Shown here: piece by piece, positions 37,950-50,784 of the stretch | Layout: each line of letters starts with the position of its first letter | Numbering within the stretch: the first letter of the stretch is position 1 | Assembly (NCBI GenBank): GCA_951406725.2 | Contig: OX597817.1 | Location: forward strand, 122,822,001-122,886,000 | Reading direction: 5' to 3' | Origin: Octopus vulgaris | Lineage: Eukaryota | Length of the DNA: 64,000 bases | Made by a program: the position numbers and the translations under genes | The notes under the pieces: generated by a model | What the model was told of the DNA's origin: nothing | Seen by the model: only the letters and a program-made list of their open reading frames with translations | The model's database searches: none

Positions 37950-40690
37950 TATTAAACAAAAAATGTCAATGATATTCTGAAATACATCAGAACAAACAAC
38001 ATCACAGAAACAAATAATTTGATCAAGGCAGCAAGTATTGTTGTAGCAGAAAATGTGGAAGTTGATATCAAGAAAAAGAAACATAATGAGAATGACAAAA
38101 GAAAATTTCCATGGTGGAAAAGAAGAATACAGGCAGGGTTAGATATACTCCCAAAGGAAATTTGTGTGCTAGACCAAAAAGAGAAAGGAGAGCTTAAAAG
38201 TGAAAAAAATACAAAGCGCTGAAAAAGAAGTACAATATTGAAAGAAAAGGCCCGAAAGTGGTAATGGAGGAACTGAAGCAGTGCCTTGTTGCAAAGAAAT
38301 CAAAGATGGTAGGATATGACCAAAGAATGAAGGGTTACCACCAGAATAGGTTATTCAGAGTAGATCAGAAGAGATTCTATAAAGAAATAAATGGAGAGTG
38401 TACAGATGAAAAGTTGACACCAGATAACAATGAAAGTCAAAGATTTTGGAGTGACATCTGGAGCAAAGACAAGGAGCACAAGAAGGATGCTGAATGGTTG
38501 CAAGAACTGAAACAAACGGTAGTCTATCCAAAACAGGCAGAACTAGTCATTTCAGTTAGGGGAGTGAAGGAAATCAGCAAAAAGATGAGCAACTAGAAGG
38601 CCCCGGGACCAGCTGGAGTTCAAGGCTACTGGATCAAAAGATTTGGTGAATGTCGCACAAATAGCTGCACAACTCATCACCTTGTTAAATGCCGACGAAG
38701 TAACACCAGACTGGTTGACATTGGGTAGGATAGTGCTATACTTGAAAAACATCATAAAAGGCAATATGGTAGACTGGAATACTCGCTGAGTCAATGTACG
38801 AACATCTGGAAAAATTGGAGTCCTGCCACATGAGCAGAAAGGTTGCAAATGTAAGTGCAGAGGTTCCAAGGATCAACTCCTGATAGACAAAACTCTACTG
38901 AGAGACTGCAAGAGGAGTAAAAGTAACTTAGCCATGTCATGGATCGACTATTGTAAGGCGTATGATATGATCCCACATTCTCAGATAATGGAATGTATGA
39001 ACCTATTTGGTATTGTATTAAATGTTGAGTAATTGCTTGGAAAAAGTATGGCGAATTGGAGGACGGACCTGATAGCATATGGAAGAAGTTTAGGAACAGT
39101 AGAAATTAGAAGGGGCAACTTCCAAGGAGGTTGCCTGTCCCCACTGATATTTGTACTGTGCTTTATACCACTAAAACTGATACTGTGGAAAGCAAAAGCT
39201 GGAAATATATTCAAAAGCCACCAACAAAAAGTCAACCATTTGTTATTCATAGATGATCTCAAACTTTATGGTAAAGATGAAGCCCAAGTCAGTTCCCTCG
39301 TTGATATGGTATATACCTTCAGTGCTGATATCAGATTGGAGTTCAGACTGAGAATATGTGGTGTATTAGTCTTGAAGAAAAGCAAAATCACATGTATGGA
39401 CGGGCTAACAATACCGTCAGGAGTGGATATGAAGCAGCTAGAAGAGACAGGCTATAAGTACTTGGGGATTTTGGAAATGGAAAAATTGATGGAGAAAGAA
39501 ATGACAGAAAAATTTAAGGTGGAGTACTTGCGCAGACTGAGACTGATCCTTAAATCGAAATAAAATGGATGGAATAAGATTGAAGCTATCAACACCTGGG
39601 CAGTTTCACTCCTTAGTTATGCTGCAGGGTTAATCACATGGACAATAGATGAACTAAACAGCTTAGACTGAAAGACAAGGAAGTTGGTAATTAGATATGG
39701 GACACTCCACCCAAAAACCGACACAGACAGCCTATATGTAAAAAGAAAAAGAGGGGTAAGAGGACTTATTGGATGTGAACACAGCATTAAAGCAAAAGAA
39801 AGCAACATAGCATGGTATGTAAAAAATGCTATAGAACCGCTATTATTAGAAGTAAGATGGTTAGGCTTGTGTAGAATGAAAGATTGCAAAGATAAAGCAC
39901 TGTACAAGTAATTGAAAACGAATGAAACTGAAAATAGGTGGGTAAAGAAATGGATGCATGGTCAATTTCATAGGGATGTTGAAGATAAGACAGACAGAGA
40001 AAAAAGATGGCCGTGGATGACTAAAAGTGATTTAGAACCGGAAATGGAGGCTCTAATCTGTGCTGCCTAAGAGCAAGCACTAAGAACAAACTACATAAAA
40101 TACAGAGTTGACAACACATCAGAAAGTGATAAGTGCAGAATCTGTGGACAAAATGGTGAAACCATACAGCATATTACCGGCCAATGTACACCACTAGCCA
40201 AGAAGGAATATAAGAGATGCCACGACAATATAACAAGGCTTATCCATTGGACACTTTGCAACAAGTATGGACTTGACAGAGAAAAAAATTGGCACGACCT
40301 CAAACCTGAAGGCATTATCGAAAATGATAATGCAAAGATCCTGCTGGATTTTATGATTCAGTGCAACCATGAGATAGAGAATAGGAAGCCAGATATAATC
40401 TTAATTGAGAAAGAAAACAAACTATGCTGGATCATAGATATAGCATACCCAGATGGCAACAAGGTATGTGATAAGGAAGAAAGAAAAGTCGATAGGTATG
40501 ATAGGTACACGGAACAAATAGGGGCTGCAATAAAGGTGGAGCACTTGCAGAAAACAGCACTGCTTGGAACTGTTTGAATACTCTGGAAGGTGCTCGGAAA
40601 ATAAGAGGTGTTATCTTAGTTCACTGGTAGGGAACAGCTGTCATCATAGTACATCTTCAGTGTTAGAAGCTGTACACAAGCAATAATAAT
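37950..40690 (+). mobile_element. 5'-truncated Dong/R4-clade non-LTR retrotransposon (RT + CCHC + RLE), pseudogenised
   Basis: [105 protein letters not shown]. Lies between (TAA)n arrays. Confidence 0.95.
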
Positions 40691-40945
40691 AACGATAATA
40701 ACAATGACAGCAAAATTATTTGTTCAGCAGTATAAACAAATAACAATGTTAATAAAGTATACAATACTGCTAGTAGAGTGACAACTGATAATGAAGTTGT
40801 GACAATTTCAGGGATATTTCTTTTATCATAGCTTCATCTCTCAAATTATTGAAAATTTTACTAATATATATGTATATATATATATTGTAAAAACACTATT
40901 TTCTCACACCATCCTATCCATTGAACAATTTCAATATGGGAACAA

Positions 40946-41110
40946 TAGGTGTAGAAGTGGCTGTGTGGTAAGTAATTTGCTTACCAACCACATGGTTCCA
41001 GTTTCGTTCCCATTGTGTGACACCTTGGGCAAGTGTCTTCTACTATAGCCTCAAGCCGACCAAAGCCATGTGAGTGGATTTGGTAGACGGGAACTGAAAG
41101 AAGCCTGTCG

Positions 41111-41142
<32 letters not shown>

Positions 41143-41362
41143 CATGTGTATATGTTTGTGTGTCTGTGTTTGTCCCCCCAGCATCGCTTTGACAACAGAC
41201 GAAGGTGTGTTTACGTCCCCATAACTTAGCGGTTTGGTAAAAGAGACCAATAGAATAAGTACTAGGCTTCCAAAGAATAAGTCCTTGGGTTGATTTGGTC
41301 GACTAAAAGCGGTACTCCAGCATGGCCGCAGTCAAATGACTGAAACAATTAAAAGAAAAAGA
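40946..41362 (+). mobile_element. SINE family B
   Basis: Full head-to-tail match to the reverse complement of 11970-12383. Confidence 0.92.
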
Positions 41363-41364
41363 AA

Positions 41365-41402
<38 letters not shown>

Positions 41403-41433
41403 GTACATGCATACATATATATGTATATATATG

Positions 41434-41505
<72 letters not shown>

Positions 41506-41506
41506 A

Positions 41507-41584
<78 letters not shown>

Positions 41585-41596
41585 TACACACACACT

Positions 41597-41830
41597 CATG
41601 GTGCGGCAGAAAGGTTGCCCCGGTTTCAAAAGGTTAATAAAAAACAGACACACGAAGACAAAACAAAATACGATGCTCTTCGCTCTAGGCCATGGTGGGC
41701 ACAATCTGAAACAGGAAAAAAAAATGGCATTTAATGAACTTCATAGAAATACAATGTTTTTTCATGCATCTTCATGTGTTTGTTTTTTTATTAACCTTTG
41801 AAATCAGGGCGACCTTTCTGCCATTCCCTG
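41597..41830. mobile_element. Tc1/mariner-type MITE
   Basis: ~60 bp TIRs GGCAGAAAGGTYGCCCYGRTTTCAAAGGTTAATAAAAAACA, right end CCCTG|TA. Confidence 0.85.
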
Positions 41831-42175
41831 TATACACACACACATACACACACACACATACACAAACTCAAACACACACATACACACAGATATGTAATCA
41901 TAAGAACCGAGGATCTAAGTGTAGGAAGTTTGTATGCTTCAAGCAGTCCATGGTAGGTATAAAAAAACTACATTCAGGAACAACAATAAATCATAGGTGA
42001 GGGTTGCATGCTTTTCCCATATTGAAACCTTTTCCATAGCTTATGGTTAGCAACTTGAGTCACTATGAATGCAAATAAAAACCCAGATTAAGGGAGTGGA
42101 GCAGGTAAAGTTTGTGCTACATATTATATCTTCAAATCATATCTTCGGCGAGTTAACTTGGGATTCCTTAATGGC

Positions 42176-42505
42176 TCTTTTACCCTTTTACTTGTTTCAG
42201 TCATTTGACTGAGGCCATGCTGGAGCACTGCCTTTAGTCAAGCAAATCGATCCCAGGACTAATTTTTTGTAAGCCTAGTACTTATTCTATCGGTTTCTTT
42301 TTTATGGGGATGTAAACACACCACCATCGGTTGTCAAACACAGACACACAAACATAAACACACACACATACAGCTTCCGTCTACCAAATCCACTCACAAG
42401 GCTATAGTAGAAGATACTTGCCCAAGTTGCCACACAATAGGACTGAACCCAGAACCATATGGTTGGTAAGCAAGCTACTTACCACATAGCCACTCCTATG
42501 CCTAT
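42176..42505 (-). mobile_element. SINE family B, internally deleted
   Basis: Reverse-complement match to family B. Confidence 0.88.
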
Positions 42506-42695
42506 ATCACCTTCATCTAATTAAGGTATTTTTGGCCTGATGTGTAGCTAGCTGATTACCTCTTGTTGAGAAATTATTATATATGAGGATCTGCTTTCTA
42601 GGAAAATTATGCAGCCTGGTTTTTATCTGCTCCACTCGCTCAATTTGCATGTGCGTGTGTGTGTGTGTGTGTGTTTGTGCATGTGTGTATGTATG

Positions 42696-42755
<60 letters not shown>

Positions 42756-42756
<1 letters not shown>

Positions 42757-44242
42757 TAGCAGTGTCGCCCGGCGTTGCTCGGGTTTGTAAGGGAAATAAC
42801 TATAAAGCATTTTTAGAGAGTTATAGCCAAAAAATAGCAAAAAAATGCATTAAAAATGGAAAAAAAATTATAGTAATTTTTTTTTTAATCGTTGACTCAT
42901 CGTAGATATTTTTAGAGAGTTATTTCCCTTATATAATAGCAAAAAAATGCATTAAAATGGAAAAAAATGATGGTAAATTATTTTTAAAATCGTAGACTCA
43001 TTGTAGACACGCGCTAATACCCAGAAGGGCTCGATATGAATCACGACTATAAGATACCCGGTTTTGGTTAAACTGCACCGCAAAATGTGGGAGTAGTTAG
43101 GAATCTAAATAGTAGGAGACAGACACACAACTTCACTTTTATATATAAAAATTTGTGCAACAACTAAAACATTCGGTTGTGCAAATTGTTTGCACAGGAA
43201 ACCTGCCCTGTGTGGCGGTTTTTGCCGTTTTTGTGGATCTGATTCAGCTTTTTTAGCGATTTTTGTTTTGGCGACTTCAAGCCATGAAGTCATTGTTCTA
43301 AAAGAACGCTGGTCTCCTTGACAACGCTTTACGACGTTGATTTCCTTACACTCCCTTCCCCACAGCTTCACGAGGGAGGGAAGAAGGGGGAGAAGCAACA
43401 CGGGTGCAGGTTTGAGCATGGACGCCAACTCCGCCGCCATCGACACATGAAAAAATATGCGTTAAAATGGAAAAAAATTATGGTAAATTATTTTTAAAAT
43501 CGTAGACTCATCGTAGGCGCGCGCTAATACCCAGACGGGCTCGATATGAATCACGACTATAAGATACCCGAATTTGGTTAAACTGCACCGCAAAATGTGG
43601 GAGTAGTTAGGAATCTAAATCGTAGGAGACAGACACACACACACAACTTCACTTTTATATATATAGATATATATATGGTCTTATGCTATATGCGCACATA
43701 TATGTGCGTGCGCCTGCGCAAAAGTGTGACTGCGCATGCGCGAACGTGTGACTGCGCATGCGCGAACGTGTGACTGCGCATGCGCGAACGTGTGACTGCG
43801 CATGCGCGAAAGTGTGACTGCGCATGCGTTAAAGTGTGACTGCGCATGCGTGAACGTGTGCGTGCACATGCACGAAAGTGTGGCTGCCCATGCGCGAACG
43901 TGTGTCAGCGCATGCGCGAAAGTGTGACTGTGCGTGCCTGAACGTGTGCATGCGCATGCGCGAAAGTGTGACGGCAACACAGGTGCAGGTGTGAGCATGG
44001 ACGCCAACTCCGCCGCCATCGACACACGAAAAAATTGGAAGAAATGGAAAAAAATTATGTTAAATTATTTTTAAAATCATAGACTCATCGTAGATGCACG
44101 CTATTACCCAGACAGGCTCGATATGAATCACGACTATAAGATACCCGAATTTGGTTAAACTGCACCGCAAAATGTGGGAGTAGTTAGGAATCTAAATCGT
44201 AGGAGACAGACACTCACACAACTTCACTTTTATATATATAGA
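42756..44242 (-). mobile_element. Non-autonomous Helitron with three tandem 5' modules and one 3' end
   Basis: Minus strand begins A|TCTATATATATAAAAGTG at 44242 (repeated at 43667 and ~43150) and ends CTAG|T at 42756 after the hairpin CCCGAGCAACGCCGGG. Confidence 0.88.
43710..43972. repeat. 22 bp GC-rich minisatellite (GCGCATGCGCGAACGTGTGACT)n inside the Helitron
   Basis: About 12 head-to-tail units. Confidence 0.92.
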
Positions 44243-44247
44243 TATCA

Positions 44248-44428
44248 ACATCATCATCGTTTAACGTCCGCTTTCCATGCTAGCATGGGTTGGACGGTTT
44301 GACTGAGGACTGGTGAACCAGATGGCTGCACTAGGCTCCAATCTGATCTGGCAGTGTTTCTACAGCTGGATGCCCTTCCTAACGCCAAGGGGTGGGCATC
44401 CAGCTGTAGAAACACTGCCAGATCAGAT
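44248..44428 (-). mobile_element. RTE 3'UTR fragment ending in a perfect 35 bp fold-back
   Basis: 44341-44375 is the exact reverse complement of 44394-44428. Confidence 0.88.
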
Positions 44429-46039
44429 ATATATATATATATAAATGCATGTATATTTTGGAATAATGGATATATGTTGTTGATTAGTGTGCTGAAGTGT
44501 TGAGTAGAGCACTAACACAGTTTTGGCTACCTGGTGTCATCTACAGTCGAGGTATATTTTTGTTAGATCTCCTTATATATATATATATATATATATATTA
44601 AATTGTTTAATCGAAAGTATGACGAAATATAGTGTTTGCCTAAAAGTTAAACATAAAATTATGTAATATTCAAAGGAAATATTTGAAAGAAAGTGAAAAC
44701 AGTTTGTTATTTAAAATAAAATGATGTTTTCACATCACATTGTTATATTTTTGTTGAGTCATACTCATAAAGCCTATAAACACACTAACCCATTACTGTT
44801 CATTGATATTTCCTGTTTATCTCACCAAAAATAAACTGTGATAAAAAAAATATTTTAGTAGAAAAGAAATATAGACAAACAACGACCATTTTGAAAAAAA
44901 AAAAAGAAAAATAATAAATAAATAAAGAGAAGTCACAACTTATGTGTTTGTTTATAGATATGCCTCTTTTGAAATGTAATAATATTGGTTTCAATATATA
45001 AGTTCACAAGAAATTTCTTACAAAACAAATTCAAGTTTGAAAGATGTTTTTAGCTGCTTATAGGTTTTCACTTTATACCTTAATAAGTTAGAATATCACG
45101 AATAAGAGTTTATTGACATATAGGCAGTTTTATAACAATAATTTGAAAAGAAAAAGAAATATTGGGATAAAAACATTCTCTTTTGGTATTATATTTCTTT
45201 TTACATAAGTCAAAGTAAAGTATTTGTGCACAATCTTTGAAAAAAAACCTTTATTTTCTAAACGATAATTTAAAAAAAAACAGAATCTGTATAAAACAGA
45301 CAAAGATGTGTTCTGCTTTGGCAAAATGTCACACAAATAGTTGAAACAGTGGAATAATACTTTATGTTGTAAGAAAGAAGAAAAGTTCAATATTATATTT
45401 TGTGTCTTCCTCACAGCACAAATTTATTCTATTATTTGAAATTCTATCTTGTATATTACCTTATATTACCTTTGGATTATCTCACTAAGTTCTCTCATTA
45501 TGATAGATTAGCTACTACTTAGAAGAGAGTAAGTAGTATAGACAAGTAAGTACAAGAATATAAGGCCGAATTTCACAAGGAAAACATCAGGATTGTTTTA
45601 TATTGCCATTTGTACAAGAGAAAACTGGAATTTAGTGGGAACCTAGCACTCTCATAGTTCCTATGATCTTGGCAAAAATCTATGCCAGAATTTTAGACAA
45701 AAAAACTAAAATAATTACTGCTTCAGCTAATTGGTATTCTAGCCATCATTACAAGGTTTCTTTACTTGAATACAACAGAAAAACCAACATAAAAATTATG
45801 CAAATGCACTTGGTTCTAACATGAAAACCAAATATTTCCTCAATGTTTCAATGAAACACCTCCTCATCCTCTATGTACCACTTATATCCACCACGCCCGT
45901 ACTCAGTGAGCAAGTCCTAAAACATCACCAGTATCATCTATTTATCTCCCATTCTATCTTGTTTTTTCTGTCTAACTCTATCTCCCCTTCCTCTCTTTCC
46001 TTTTTCTACTGGGCTAGCCAAGTATCTCCTTTACAGGAA

Positions 46040-46372
46040 GGAATTACAACCGTGTTTCGTGATCTGCTACCACAACAGCTCCTTTATAGGATCCAGTTAG
46101 CTCAAGACATCATCAGGAGGAACCACATCCGGTTTCGGCCCCTACTCTTCGACCGTTTTGACGTGGCAGGGCCCCGCTTTCGGAGGTGTCTTCAGCTCTG
46201 GTGTTGGGTGCATGTCTTCTTTCTTCTTCTTTCTTCTGTTCCCTGGCCTCTTCGATGTATTGTCAGCGAGTGTCAGCTGGTGACTGACTGTCTTGTCAAA
46301 TTTCTCCCTTTAAATACCTGCCGCATAGGCTCCAGCAGGCAGCCCCAGCAAGTTGTCACCTTAACTGACTAG
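46040..46372 (-). repeat. Second, less decayed copy of the 15350-15682 repeat
   Basis: Reverse-complement match; retains a ~22 bp GC-rich segment missing from the first copy. Confidence 0.85.
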
Positions 46373-46834
46373 TGAAGGCGCATAGTTTTAGCCCGCGCTT
46401 TTCCTAAATGACCTATCCTTCTATTATACTTTAACTTCTCAACTGACACAAAACCACGTCCCTCAGTATCACTTACTCTCTCAGCCAAAAGGTCTCTGTC
46501 TTGCAGATTACGAGGTAACCCTGTAGGTACTGGTGTCATATAAAAAGCACCCAGTACACACTGTAAAGTGGTTGGTGTTAAGAAGGATATCCAGCTGTAT
46601 AGAGCACACCAAAGCAGTCAGTGGAGCATGGTGCAGCTCTCAGGCTTGCTAACTCCTATCAAACTGTATAGAAAATGATAAGATCATGATGATAGTGCAA
46701 CCAGCTATTAGTTGTGAACAAGTATGGATTGGTAATATGCACATGCATTTAATGATTTTTTTTTAGATGCTTTTGTAATACCAAGTATCCTCTCAATGCT
46801 TTTGCTTAGACTTCTTCTCAGCTTTTTAACCCTT

Positions 46835-47130
46835 GTGGAGGCACATAGCCTAGTGGTTAGAGCAGCGGACTCGCGGTCGAGGGATTGTATGTTCAAATCT
46901 CAGACCAGGCGATGTGTGTTTATGAGCGAAATACCTAATCTCCACGTGGCTCCAGCAAAAGGTAATGGCAAACATCTGATGACTCTTTCACCACAACTTT
47001 CTCTCACTCTTTCCTCCTGCATCTTGCAGCTCACCTGCGACGGACTGGCGTCCTGTCCAGGTGGGGAACCTATACGCCAAGGAAACTGGAAAACTGGCCC
47101 TTATGAGCCAGGCGTGGCTCGAGAAGGATC
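46835..47130 (+). mobile_element. tRNA(Arg)-like SINE family D (tail type 2, V-domain-like)
   Basis: Same head as 32946 (GGACTCGCGG loop) but tail CCTGCGACGGACTGGCGTCCTGTCCAGG. Sister copy at 63244-63545. Confidence 0.88.
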
Positions 47131-47552
47131 AAACTTTCAACCCTTGGCCCAGCCTAACATTAAAGATGTGTCAGCTGAAGGGAAAGAGAAAGAAGACTAC
47201 ACTAACCACTTATGGATATTCATTCCTAGCTGTGTGAACTGGAGCAAAGTGAAATAAAGTGCTTCTCTTAAGAGCACAACATGCTACTTGGGTAAGGAAT
47301 TAAGTCTACAATCTTTTGATCATGAGTCAAAAGCTCTAACCATCTGTCCACTAAGCCAGATAAGCATCATAAAATGATGGGAATGGGTTACAGTACTATT
47401 GTGGTAATCTGTTATCAGTTCTTTAAAGTAGTATTGTAGTTCAAGTACTGTTGAAGCCTGATACCTGATATCAACTCAAAGAACATATTGTAAGTTGGTT
47501 CTCACTTATGTTATAACAAAACTATTCTAACATTTTGTAGAATACTTATATA

Positions 47553-47962
47553 TAGGTGTAGGAGTGGCTGTGTGGTAAGTAGCTTGTTTACCAACCACAT
47601 GGTTCTGGGTTCAGCCCCACTGAATGGCAACTTGGGCAAGTATCTTTAACTATAGCCTTGGGTCGACCAAAGTCACCTGAGTGGATTTGGTGGACGGAAA
47701 CTGAAAGAAGCCCGTCGTATATATGTATATGTGTGCATATATGTTTGTGTGTCTGTGTTTGTCTCCCAAACATCGCTTGACAACCGATGCTGGTGTGTTT
47801 ACATCACCTTAACTTAGCGGTTTGGCAAAAGAGACTGATAAAATAAGTACTAGGCTTACAAAGACTAAGTCCTGAGGTCGATTTGCTCGACTAAAGGCGG
47901 TGCTCCAGCATGGCCACAGTTAAATGACTGAAACAAGTAAAAGAGTAAAAAGAGAAAAAGAG
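47553..47962 (+). mobile_element. SINE family B
   Basis: Full-length match. Confidence 0.92.
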
Positions 47963-49014
47963 TATATATATTTTGTACAAAATTTAACCAGGAATTATTT
48001 GTTAAAAGCAATATTGTCGGATTTGGTAACACCATTTTTATTTGTTACTCTCCAATTACTAAAGACTCACACTTATACACACACCCCACACACATGCAGG
48101 CATGCATGAACACACACACATTAGTTATAAATTTATTATTTCAGTTTGAGAAAAACTTTTTAGTGCATGTGCTCATTAATTGACAAAATATCAAATTTGT
48201 AGAATTCTACTTAAATATGTACATGTGGAAACATGTTATAGAGATGTCGGTGGCATCTAATATTAGCAAATTCTTAATGTTTCTTCGTTTTCATGACACT
48301 TGAGATCAAACAAACAAAAAAGAAATTACCAATGTGCTTTGCATAAAAATTAAGAAAAGAATCAACATTTTAAAGTAAAAATAACCTAGAAAAATATTAA
48401 AAAAATTTGGTTAGCTGGTTTTATTAATCATACTTGTGTATAACAAAATTATGAATTATACATTTTTTACAATATTCAATTATTAGAATGTCTTTTCTTA
48501 AGCCTTAAATTATATTTTTAAAAAACTACTTTTGCACCTAGATACTCTGTGCAACAACACATCACTTTGTAACTACTGACTCGAGGCCAAAAGTTTGTTT
48601 TGTTGTTTATTGTTGATCTGAGCATTTTGAGGGATTTTAAAAAAAATCTATAACCCTAACCTGGTTGCATCTAAAATAATATTTTTTTCCCTTGATCTGA
48701 AACTTACAGACTTAACAAGTCACATTCATCTGAACCTCTTATTTTTACTTCAGTGAAAAAATATTTCTCCCAAAGTAAAAACTGAAAACAGAAGCAAAAA
48801 CAAAAAAATAAAAGAATTATTATAAAAATATAAATAAATGGGGGGGGGAGGTGACAACAACAAAACATTTCTGGGGAAAATAATTGAGTTCTCAGTGAAA
48901 AATATAGTTTCCATGAAAGAGAAGAGCAGTTGCCAAATATATAAACTAATAAAGAAATAGACACTTGTTATGAAATACAATACTTTCCAATATATACAGA
49001 AACAGATGAGACAA

Positions 49015-49075
<61 letters not shown>

Positions 49076-49425
49076 AATACACACACACATATATATAAAT
49101 ATATATATATATATAGATAGATAGATAGATAGATACACATATATATATATACATGCTATGCATACATATATATATATACATATATATACATATATATATA
49201 TATGTATATATATATGCATACATATACATATACACACATACACACACACATATATATATATATATATCTGTTTATATTGTTGAAGACTAGATTTTGTATG
49301 TGTCTTTTACTATTAAAATTTTTGCATTGCTAAATTATCTGAAGAGTAATAAGATGCCGAAAAAAAAAGAAGGAACAAAAAACAAAAAAAACTTAGTGAT
49401 TTGTCCATTGATTTTTTTTCCACAG

Positions 49426-49443
49426 AATCATCAGAGAAAGAAG
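49426..49443 (+). CDS. Candidate 18-nt frame-preserving microexon of an unidentified host gene
   Basis: TTTTTTTTCCACAG|AATCATCAGAGAAAGAAG|GTGAGT: near-consensus acceptor and donor, purine-rich, no stop in any frame. Downstream ACTAAT (49590) and TGCATG (49709). Confidence 0.55.
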
Positions 49444-49847
49444 GTGAGTTTTATTCAGATGAGGTTTTTCACGCTTGACTTTTAATATTCTTGATTCCTT
49501 TGCCCGCAAGGGGAGGGCTTACTTTATGAATATTTTATAAAATCACCAAATCATTATTTTCTATTTGCAATTTACTAAACACGTGTGCTACTAATTAGTC
49601 GTTTGGTTTTTAATTAACTTTTATTTCAATTCATTATTAGTATTGAAATCATTCACTACCATTATTTCATCTGTTCATAGATTATAATTTTATTTTGATA
49701 AACTTTACTGCATGCTGTGATGATATAAAGTCAATGGGGGAGCTTCTAAGCAAGCATTGGACTGGCTAGAAATAGCAGTCACATTGCATCAGTTAGGCAT
49801 AAGTAGCTTAAGAAAAGATAATGGATAATGTAGTCCTAGCTACATTC

Positions 49848-50170
49848 ATCATCATCCTGTTTTAAATCTGGGTTTTGTCCCCATTAATAGGAGTGGCTGG
49901 ATCTACCTCAATGCCATAGCAACTGTAGTAGGCAGGTGCAGCTCACCCTAGCCTTTGGGCTGGCTGGTGCCCAGTCCCCTTTGCTATCACGAGGCTTTCT
50001 TGGAGCTGGATCCTCTATGGGGAACATGCCCTTGCTTACTTCCAACCTAAGTTTCTAGACATGAGTGGTCTCGAGACCAAGGTCTCTTTAAGAAATCTGG
50101 TGGAAAATTTGCTTAGGAAGGTAGAGATGCTACTCTCTGAGACCTCTTTTGGAGCCCCCTACCCTTCATT
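49848..50170 (-). mobile_element. Short element ending in the RTE 3' terminus (possible bipartite non-autonomous RTE derivative)
   Basis: Minus-strand end GTAGATCCAGCCACTCCTATTAATGGGGACAAAACC..(GAT)n matches 60848-60895; the upstream part does not match the RTE ORF. Confidence 0.55.
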
Positions 50171-50655
50171 ATAGCTGAAAAATATGATGGGATAGTTAAG
50201 TATAGACTGTCTTTCATAAGCCCATTGAATCAGAGACAACATTAGGGATAAAAATTACAATGGTAGTAATAACTAGGCTACGACATGGATTTGCGAACAA
50301 GAGGTTACAGAAGTGCTATGGTAGGTTCCTATATTAGCAAGCTGAATACGATTTGCATTCTTATTCTTCACCCCACACACACATACACCACCTCTTCTTC
50401 TTCTTCTTCCTCCTCCTCCCACCCACTGCCATTTTATCTTTGACAGGTTTACTTTTAGATCTTTTGATCTACTGCTCTGGCTTCATCTTTGGAACACTCC
50501 CTAGAATTCTCAGGTTAAAAGTCTTGTGCATGAATTTTGATAGATGTCATATATATATATATATATAAATATATATATATATGTATGTATGTACGTACGT
50601 ACGTACGTACGTATGTATGTATGTATGTATGTATGTATGTATGTATGTATGCATG

Positions 50656-50690
<35 letters not shown>

Positions 50691-50784
50691 TAACACATGC
50701 ATACACATGTATGCATACACATGTATGCATATGCACGAGTGTATGTTGTGTATGTATATGTGCTAGTGTCACCATGTCTGGATA

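Noticed and set aside
43710-43972. Regular short repeats suggesting a CRISPR array
   Set aside because: Head-to-tail minisatellite without unique spacers, in eukaryotic DNA with no cas genes.
45821-46372. 183 aa ORF
   Set aside because: Runs from low-complexity sequence into the antisense of a repeat whose other copy has indels; no domain recognised.
46835-46915. tRNA-like sequences at SINE heads (also 32946, 63244, 23848, 8365)
   Set aside because: A and B boxes are present, but there is no full cloverleaf and each continues into a repeated SINE body; not tRNA genes.
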